Shown: positions 57,504 to 64,000 of the stretch, in pieces
Layout of the letters: each line of letters starts with the position of its first letter
Position numbering within the stretch: position 1 is the first letter of the stretch
Origin: an uncultured bacterium
GTDB taxonomy: Bacteria > Patescibacteriota > Minisyncoccia > Phycocordibacterales > CAIRYW01
Direction: 5' to 3'
Assembly: GCA_963766885.1 (NCBI GenBank)
Contig: CAVYBO010000002.1
Location: 528,606-592,605, forward strand
DNA length: 64,000 nt
Position numbers and translations under genes: made by a program
The notes under the pieces: generated by a model
What the model was told of the DNA's origin: nothing
Seen by the model: the letters and a program-made list of their open reading frames with translations, nothing else
The model's database searches: none

Positions 57504-57794
57504 TTATTCTTGTATCAAAATTCTTAACATTAAACCGCCGGAAATAATGCCACCTTTACTACTTTTATTTTCAATACCTGTGATGCCAAAGCGACCGTCT
57601 TCAACTTCAAAAGAGACAGGTATTTCAAAATCACCAACTTTAATATTATGAATATTTGTTTCTTCGGCACGGTGTGGATGAATAAATTTATCGGGGATAC
57701 GAGTTTCGTAGTAGATTGACTGTGCAACTTCGGTTTCAGGTTGGCCTCGTTCGTCGATATTTTCCTCTGTTTTTGGTATACCGAAATTTTCCAT
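57504..57794 (-). CDS. Hypothetical protein
   Basis: 96-aa ORF translationally coupled to ruvB. Not similar to RuvA. Confidence 0.3.
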   Translation of the reverse strand: MENFGIPKTEENIDERGQPETEVAQSIYYETRIPDKFIHPHRAEETNIHNIKVGDFEIPVSFEVEDGRFGITGIENKSSKGGIISGGLMLRILIQE

Positions 57795-57797
57795 AAA

Positions 57798-58811
57798 TTA
57801 AAACAATTTCTGCCTATCAAGGGGAAAATCAATATCTAAATGTTTGTAGGCTTTTTCTGTTGCCATTCGGCCGCGGGGAGTGCGTTCAATAAATCCAATC
57901 TGCAAAAAATACGGCTCGTGAAATTCTTCGATTGTGGCTTCTTCTTCTGCAAGTGAGGCGGCAAGAGTATTTAATCCAACCGGCCCTCCGCCGAATTTAT
58001 CAATCATGGTTTTTAGAATCTTTATATCAGCACTAGATAGACCTTCGGTATCTATACCAATCATCTCCAGTGCTTTCTCTGCGAGTTTTTTATCAATATT
58101 TTTATTTTCCATCTGAGCCACGTCGCGTGTGCGCTTCAGTAGATAGTTTGCAGTTCGCGGAGTTTTGCGGCTTCGCTTGGCGATTTCCTTGCTTGATTCA
58201 ACGTCAATTTTTATTCCAAGAAGTTCTGCAGAACGCCTGATTATTTTTTCTATTTCTTCATCTGTATAAAAATCCAGGCGAAAAACCCCGCCAGAAAATC
58301 TGGAGCGAAGCGGGGAAGAAACCATTGCGATACGCGTAGTGGCAGCAATTAACGTAAAGGGAGGAAGATCCAATTGAATGGTGCGAGCTGATGGACCCTT
58401 GCCGATTATGATATCTAAAGCGCCGGATTCCATTGCAGGGTAGAGAATTTCTTCAACGGATTTATTTAAGCGGTGAATCTCATCAATAAACAAAATATCA
58501 CCAGGCGAAAGGTTGGTTAGGATTGATGCCAAGTCGCCAACTTTTTCAATTGCGGGACCGGAAGTAATTTTCATTTCAGATCCTGCTTCTCTAGCAATAA
58601 TGTGGGCCAAGGTAGTTTTGCCCAAACCCGGTGGACCATAAAACATAATATGCTCTGGAGCATGATTCCGGGCTTTGGCAGCGGAAATTAGAATTGAAAG
58701 ATTTTTTTTGATTGCCTCTTGTCCAACGTATTCAGCAAAAGAACCGGGCCGAAGTGTTTGATCCAGCACACGGTCTTCAGAAAGATTTTTCTCACTATTT
58801 TTAGTGCTCAT
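57798..58811 (-). CDS. ruvB: Holliday junction ATP-dependent DNA helicase RuvB
   Basis: Walker [12 protein letters not shown], sensor motifs and C-terminal winged helix. Confidence 0.9.
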   Translation of the reverse strand: MSTKNSEKNLSEDRVLDQTLRPGSFAEYVGQEAIKKNLSILISAAKARNHAPEHIMFYGPPGLGKTTLAHIIAREAGSEMKITSGPAIEKVGDLASILTNLSPGDILFIDEIHRLNKSVEEILYPAMESGALDIIIGKGPSARTIQLDLPPFTLIAATTRIAMVSSPLRSRFSGGVFRLDFYTDEEIEKIIRRSAELLGIKIDVESSKEIAKRSRKTPRTANYLLKRTRDVAQMENKNIDKKLAEKALEMIGIDTEGLSSADIKILKTMIDKFGGGPVGLNTLAASLAEEEATIEEFHEPYFLQIGFIERTPRGRMATEKAYKHLDIDFPLDRQKLF

Positions 58812-59145
58812 AACTTAATTCTTGCTGTTTAATTAAAAGTCCTTGACATAAAAAAGATACTATGCTAATATTGTAACACAAGTTCTATAAAACATCTCAG
58901 CGTTTTGACGCAAAGAATCTCTAAGCAATGGGACAATTAATTTTGTCTTTTGGTATAGTTTAAAGGACGACATGGTTTTCTCCTTTGAGAGAAGCGACTG
59001 TTTCTATCCTCAAAATTATTCCTTACTTTTGCACCACGCCAAAGTATTGCTCAGAGATTCTTTTCGTGAAATCACGTAGGAATCTCTTATCTCAATTATA
59101 CCTCAGACTATTTTTTGTCTATCTTTTCAAGACAGACTTTTTGTT

Positions 59146-60870
59146 TTATTCCACTCCTTCTGTTTGTGGGGCGTTGTATAGAAAATTCTCTGGAAGCTCA
59201 AAAGACAGATCAACTGTGCCTTCAAGTTCTGTAAGAGAAGTAATACCGTCCGCAACTTTCAGGAGTCCGTCTTGGGCAAGAGAGAGAATGTTTTGTGGTT
59301 CTGCTCCGTCTGCAATTTCTCTTTCACTTGGGTTTTCTTCGATTAGTTTTTCAATTGCACGATCTATCATAATGGCTTCATAAATTCCAATTCTGCCTTT
59401 GTAGCCGGTATTATTGCATTCTTTACAGCCAACTTCTTGATAGACAAAATCTCTCTGTGATACTTTTTGCCCCTTTTTTTCAATTTTTGCCCAGATGATT
59501 TCCAAAGCAGCTTTTTTATCTGCTGGAATTGGAATTTGTTTTTTACATACGTTGCAAAGTCTTCGCAAAAGTCTTTGGGCTATTGCCAAGTTGATTGCTG
59601 AAACAAGAATCTTTGGATTTACTCCTAAATCCATAAGGCGGGGGAATGCGCCAGCGGCGTTGTTGGTGTGAAGAGTGGAAAAAACTAAGTGTCCTGTCAG
59701 CGCGGCTTGCACAGCAATTTCCGCTGTTTCATTATCTCGAATTTCACCAACCATGATTACGTCAGGATCTTGCCGGAGGGTGGAGCGAAGTCCTGAAGCA
59801 AATGTGTATCCTTTTTCAACATCAACTTGAGTCTGCACAATTCCTTCCAGGTGATATTCAACAGGATCTTCAATAGTAATTATTTTTACTTCCGGAGTGT
59901 GCACTCTTCGAAGAAAGGCGTAAAGAGTGGTGGTTTTTCCGCTTCCTGTCGGTCCAGTAGTTAGGATCATTCCATTTGGCTTTGAAATTTCTCTGATAAA
60001 AAGATCCAAAAGTTTTGGTGGAATACCAAGTTCCTTGAGAGGAAACTGAATTGATTTTGGATTTAGAATTCTAAGCACTATTGATTCTCCAAAAGCTCCG
60101 GGCAAAAGAGAAGTTCTGATTTCAATGTCGTCATTAAAAATTTTGACGCTAAATCTGCCGTCTTGAGCGTTGTTTTTTATATTCAACTTCAATCCTGAAA
60201 GAAGTTTTATTCTTGAAAGCAGAAGTTGGTATGTTTCTTTGTCAAACTGTAGAAGTTCAACAAGAGCGCCATCTAAACGGTATCTTAAGCGGGTGAATTT
60301 TTCTTCTGGTTCAATATGTATGTCAGATGCTGCTGTTGAAATGCTTCCGGCGATTATGATTGCCAAAATTTTTGAAACTCTGTAAACCTTGTTGGTGTCA
60401 ACGTTTTCGAGGATAAGAGTTTTGATATCATTGAGGGACTGTACTTTATTCAAAAAACCTTCAATTTCATCATTGGAAATATCCAAGGTTCCGGCTTTTG
60501 TTTCTGTAGCAAAAGAAAGATCCTTATATCTACTCCAGGCTTTTTCCAAACTCTGTCTAGAAACCATATAAGGCTCAAGAGTATAATCTTTTTCTTCAAG
60601 TTTATTCATCATTTCAATAGTGCTTTCATTTTTTGGGGCGCGCATAGCTACAAAAAGTTTCTTTCCAACTATTTTGAAAGATGCCATTTCTCTTGCCCGC
60701 GCTTCCGCCTCAGGAATTATTCTTAGGGCATCCGTATCAATTGGAATACCTGAAAGATCAGCGTATTTAACACTATATTTTTGAGAAAGAATTTCAGCTG
60801 ATTTTTCTTCTTCATCCTCAAGAAGTTCTTTAAGCTGTCTATTTTGCTTGTCCTCATCAAATTTAACCAC
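59146..60870 (-). CDS. GspE/PilB-family type II secretion / type IV pilus assembly ATPase
   Basis: Walker A TGPTGSGKTTTL, Asp and His boxes, and the tetracysteine motif (CNVCKK...CKECNNTGY). Confidence 0.8.
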   Translation of the reverse strand: MVKFDEDKQNRQLKELLEDEEEKSAEILSQKYSVKYADLSGIPIDTDALRIIPEAEARAREMASFKIVGKKLFVAMRAPKNESTIEMMNKLEEKDYTLEPYMVSRQSLEKAWSRYKDLSFATETKAGTLDISNDEIEGFLNKVQSLNDIKTLILENVDTNKVYRVSKILAIIIAGSISTAASDIHIEPEEKFTRLRYRLDGALVELLQFDKETYQLLLSRIKLLSGLKLNIKNNAQDGRFSVKIFNDDIEIRTSLLPGAFGESIVLRILNPKSIQFPLKELGIPPKLLDLFIREISKPNGMILTTGPTGSGKTTTLYAFLRRVHTPEVKIITIEDPVEYHLEGIVQTQVDVEKGYTFASGLRSTLRQDPDVIMVGEIRDNETAEIAVQAALTGHLVFSTLHTNNAAGAFPRLMDLGVNPKILVSAINLAIAQRLLRRLCNVCKKQIPIPADKKAALEIIWAKIEKKGQKVSQRDFVYQEVGCKECNNTGYKGRIGIYEAIMIDRAIEKLIEENPSEREIADGAEPQNILSLAQDGLLKVADGITSLTELEGTVDLSFELPENFLYNAPQTEGVE

Positions 60871-61022
60871 CTATATATACTAACGTTTTTATTTCAATCT
60901 GTCTTTACTAAATAGCTATAAAAAATATGCAATAACTTTTTTATCTAGTATAGTTCTTGACAATATTTATAAATAGTGTATAATAGCCTAATTAGTAAGA
61001 AAGGTTAGTAAAAAGCGAATAT

Positions 61023-64000
61023 ATGCAACATAAATCAAGACAAGTAAATACGTTTCTGGTCGCAATTCTAATCATTTTTTGTATTTCCTTTCCTATAGTT
61101 ACATTTGCTCAGTACGACGATGGTTCAGATGATTCTGGTTCTACATACGATTCAGGAAACTACGGATCAACATATGACTCTGGAGATTCTGGTTCTACAT
61201 ACGATTCAGGAAACTACGGATCAACATATGACTCTGGAGATTCTGGTTCTACATACGATTCAGGAAACTACGGATCAACATATGACTCTGGAGATTCTGG
61301 TTCTACATACGATTCAGGAAACTACGGATCAACATATGACTCTGGAGATTCTGGTTCTACATACGATTCAGGAAACTACGGATCAACATATGACTCTGGA
61401 GATTCTGGTTCTACATACGATTCAGGAAACTACGGATCAACATATGACTCTGGAGATTCTGGTTCTACATACGATTCAGGAAACTACGGATCAACATATG
61501 ACTCTGGAGATTCTGGTTCTACATACGATTCAGGAAACTACGGATCAACATATGACTCTGGAGATTCTGGTTCTACATACGATTCAGGAAACTACGGATC
61601 AACATATGACTCTGGAGATTCTGGTTCTACATACGATTCAGGAAACTACGGATCAACATATGACTCTGGAGATTCTGGTTCTACATACGATTCAGGAAAC
61701 TATTCTTCAGATGAATATTACATTACAGGGACAGGATCTGAAGAATATATATATTCAACAACACCCACTTATTCTTTCATACCATATTATTCAACCACTG
61801 TTGTAAATAATAATTGTACTGGTTCTAGTTGTAATACAACCACAAAAACCCCTCCACCACTTACTGGTTTTTGTTTAGGATATCCAAGTTCTGTAATGAC
61901 TGGCCAATCTGTAGATTGGTCTGTTACTGCGTCTGGAAGCAAGGGAGATTATGCATACTCATGGAGCGGAGCTGTCAGTGGATCTGATAAAAGTTTATCA
62001 ACATCATATGATACTGCCGGTATCAAAACTGCTGATGTTGTGATTTCTTCTGGCGGTTCAAGTTTTAGTACAAATTGTTCTGTAAAAGTTACCGCGCCCC
62101 CTCCAGTCAAAGCATATTGTATTGCAAACCCATCAAGCACCAAGATCGGTGATGAAGTAACCTTCAGAGTAGCTCCATCTGGCGGAAGAGGAGGAGCAGG
62201 ATACACATACTCATGGAGCGGAGCGGTTAGCGGAAACAACATCAGTGAATCAAATACTTTCTCTTCTTCTGGAACAAAGACTGCTGTAGTGAAAGTGACT
62301 TCTGGATCTGACAGTGTAGAAGCACAGTGCTCAACAAACATCCAACCAAACCAAGTCATCCCTCCAGTCAAAGCATATTGTATTGCAAACCCATCAAGCA
62401 CCAAGATCGGTGATGAAGTAACCTTCAGAGTAGCTCCATCTGGCGGAAGAGGAGGAGCAGGATACACATACTCATGGAGCGGAGCGGTTAGCGGAAACAA
62501 CATCAGTGAATCAAATACTTTCTCTTCTTCTGGAACAAAGACTGCTGTAGTGAAAGTGACTTCTGGATCTGACAGTGTAGAAGCACAGTGCTCAACAAAC
62601 ATCCAACCAAACCAAGTCATCCCTCCAGTCAAAGCATATTGTATTGCAAACCCATCAAGCACCAAGATCGGTGATGAAGTAACCTTCAGAGTAGCTCCAT
62701 CTGGCGGAAGAGGAGGAGCAGGATACACATACTCATGGAGCGGAGCGGTTAGCGGAAACAACATCAGTGAATCAAATACTTTCTCTTCTTCTGGAACAAA
62801 GACTGCTGTAGTGAAAGTGACTTCTGGATCTGACAGTGTAGAAGCACAGTGCTCAACAAACATCCAACCAAACCAAGTCATCCCTCCAGTCAAAGCATAT
62901 TGTATTGCAAACCCATCAAGCACCAAGATCGGTGATGAAGTAACCTTCAGAGTAGCTCCATCTGGCGGAAGAGGAGGAGCAGGATACACATACTCATGGA
63001 GCGGAGCGGTTAGCGGAAACAACATCAGTGAATCAAATACTTTCTCTTCTTCTGGAACAAAGACTGCTGTAGTGAAAGTGACTTCTGGATCTGACAGTGT
63101 AGAAGCACAGTGCTCAACAAACATCCAACCAAACCAAGTCATCCCTCCAGTCAAAGCATATTGTATTGCAAACCCATCAAGCACCAAGATCGGTGATGAA
63201 GTAACCTTCAGAGTAGCTCCATCTGGCGGAAGAGGAGGAGCAGGATACACATACTCATGGAGCGGAGCGGTTAGCGGAAACAACATCAGTGAATCAAATA
63301 CTTTCTCTTCTTCTGGAACAAAGACTGCTGTAGTGAAAGTGACTTCTGGATCTGACAGTGTAGAAGCACAGTGCTCAACAAACATCCAACCAAACCAAGT
63401 CATCCCTCCAGTCAAAGCATATTGTATTGCAAACCCATCAAGCACCAAGATCGGTGATGAAGTAACCTTCAGAGTAGCTCCATCTGGCGGAAGAGGAGGA
63501 GCAGGATACACATACTCATGGAGCGGAGCGGTTAGCGGAAACAACATCAGTGAATCAAATACTTTCTCTTCTTCTGGAACAAAGACTGCTGTAGTGAAAG
63601 TGACTTCTGGATCTGACAGTGTAGAAGCACAGTGCTCAACAAACATCCAACCAAACCAAGTCATCCCTCCAGTCAAAGCATATTGTATTGCAAACCCATC
63701 AAGCACCAAGATCGGTGATGAAGTAACCTTCAGAGTAGCTCCATCTGGCGGAAGAGGAGGAGCAGGATACACATACTCATGGAGCGGAGCGGTTAGCGGA
63801 AACAACATCAGTGAATCAAATACTTTCTCTTCTTCTGGAACAAAGACTGCTGTAGTGAAAGTGACTTCTGGATCTGACAGTGTAGAAGCACAGTGCTCAA
63901 CAAACATCCAACCAAACCAAGTCATCCCTCCAGTCAAAGCATATTGTATTGCAAACCCATCAAGCACCAAGATCGGTGATGAAGTAACCTTCAGAGTAGC
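61023..64000 (+). CDS. Giant secreted tandem-repeat surface protein (3' end outside window)
   Basis: ATG at 61023, signal peptide MQHKSRQVNTFLVAILIIFCISFPIVTFAQ, then (SGSTYDSGNYGSTYDSGD)x10, then a linker and at least 8 PKD-like ~87-aa domains. No stop in frame to the window end. Absent from the ORF track because it has no stop. Confidence 0.6.
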   Translation, partial: MQHKSRQVNTFLVAILIIFCISFPIVTFAQYDDGSDDSGSTYDSGNYGSTYDSGDSGSTYDSGNYGSTYDSGDSGSTYDSGNYGSTYDSGDSGSTYDSGNYGSTYDSGDSGSTYDSGNYGSTYDSGDSGSTYDSGNYGSTYDSGDSGSTYDSGNYGSTYDSGDSGSTYDSGNYGSTYDSGDSGSTYDSGNYGSTYDSGDSGSTYDSGNYGSTYDSGDSGSTYDSGNYSSDEYYITGTGSEEYIYSTTPTYSFIPYYSTTVVNNNCTGSSCNTTTKTPPPLTGFCLGYPSSVMTGQSVDWSVTASGSKGDYAYSWSGAVSGSDKSLSTSYDTAGIKTADVVISSGGSSFSTNCSVKVTAPPPVKAYCIANPSSTKIGDEVTFRVAPSGGRGGAGYTYSWSGAVSGNNISESNTFSSSGTKTAVVKVTSGSDSVEAQCSTNIQPNQVIPPVKAYCIANPSSTKIGDEVTFRVAPSGGRGGAGYTYSWSGAVSGNNISESNTFSSSGTKTAVVKVTSGSDSVEAQCSTNIQPNQVIPPVKAYCIANPSSTKIGDEVTFRVAPSGGRGGAGYTYSWSGAVSGNNISESNTFSSSGTKTAVVKVTSGSDSVEAQCSTNIQPNQVIPPVKAYCIANPSSTKIGDEVTFRVAPSGGRGGAGYTYSWSGAVSGNNISESNTFSSSGTKTAVVKVTSGSDSVEAQCSTNIQPNQVIPPVKAYCIANPSSTKIGDEVTFRVAPSGGRGGAGYTYSWSGAVSGNNISESNTFSSSGTKTAVVKVTSGSDSVEAQCSTNIQPNQVIPPVKAYCIANPSSTKIGDEVTFRVAPSGGRGGAGYTYSWSGAVSGNNISESNTFSSSGTKTAVVKVTSGSDSVEAQCSTNIQPNQVIPPVKAYCIANPSSTKIGDEVTFRVAPSGGRGGAGYTYSWSGAVSGNNISESNTFSSSGTKTAVVKVTSGSDSVEAQCSTNIQPNQVIPPVKAYCIANPSSTKIGDEVTFRV
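61131..61705 (+). repeat. Ten perfect 54-bp tandem repeats (18-aa units) plus a partial unit
   Basis: Unit gattctggttctacatacgattcaggaaactacggatcaacatatgactctgga starts at 61131, 61185, ... 61617. Confidence 0.9.
62101..64000 (+). repeat. At least seven identical 261-bp tandem repeats (87-aa PKD-like domain), continuing past the window end
   Basis: Unit starts at 62101, 62362, 62623, 62884, 63145, 63406, 63667 and 63928 with exact 261-bp period. Confidence 0.9.

Noticed and set aside
61105-61806. 233-aa plus-strand ORF (repeating HTIQETTDQHMTLEILVL)
   Set aside because: It is the wrong frame through the 54-bp repeats. The frame starting at ATG 61023 carries the signal peptide and continues through all downstream domains.
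61949-63970. 673-aa minus-strand ORF spanning the 261-bp repeats
   Set aside because: It is the antisense shadow of the plus-strand repeat gene. The plus strand has a signal peptide, a coherent domain structure and continuity from an ATG at 61023. The minus-strand product is a repetitive low-complexity artefact.
1-64000. Possibility that TGA is recoded (genetic code 25, as in some CPR lineages), which would rescue the integrase
   Set aside because: dnaA ends at a TGA after its canonical C-terminus (...IRTML). The integrase TGA is therefore treated as a nonsense codon.
1-64000. CRISPR arrays
   Set aside because: The only regular tandem repeats are the coding 54-bp and 261-bp repeats at 61131-64000, which have no spacers. 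No repeat-spacer architecture was seen anywhere.

Overview
This is a low-GC (~35%), gene-dense bacterial window whose gene content and reduced proteins look like a CPR/Patescibacteria-type genome. Translation uses the standard code, because dnaA and other full-length genes end in TGA. Housekeeping genes present: the tig 3' end, rsmE, clpP, rny, hup, cca, xth, rpsO, pnp, comM/yifB, uvrD/pcrA, ksgA (interrupted), PBP1A, tyrS, ruvC, yebC, ruvB and a GspE/PilB ATPase. The chromosomal origin neighbourhood is also here: rpmH-rnpA-yidC-jag on the minus strand, then dnaA-dnaN, with DnaA boxes. I found four tRNAs, all minus strand and none encoding CCA: Gly-TCC, Pro-TGG, Gly-GCC and Arg-TCG. The most interesting region is a ~12.7 kb co-directional locus (32721-45394). 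It encodes a Gram-positive-type, minimal T4SS-like apparatus: a VirB4 ATPase split into two ORFs, a PrgI/VirB3-like protein, a large VirB6/TrbL-like polytopic membrane protein, and a VirB2-like membrane domain fused to an SLT lytic transglycosylase. It sits among secreted and membrane-anchored proteins, one carrying a ~85 aa PKD-like domain. The same domain is expanded as seven perfect 261-bp tandem repeats in a giant, 3'-truncated surface-protein gene at 61023 to the window end. That gene also carries ten 54-bp tandem repeats. Other notable points: a ~90 bp GC-rich structured repeat element present twice, one copy splitting ksgA across two frames; a tyrosine recombinase pseudogene with an in-frame TGA next to a decayed high-GC fragment; several GC-rich (45-57%) islands that look foreign, including a second MYG1-family paralog; a G9 homopolymer upstream of a secreted-protein gene; a DinJ/YafQ toxin-antitoxin pair inside a ruv cluster that lacks ruvA; and an M23/LysM peptidase whose signal-anchor lies upstream of any canonical start codon.
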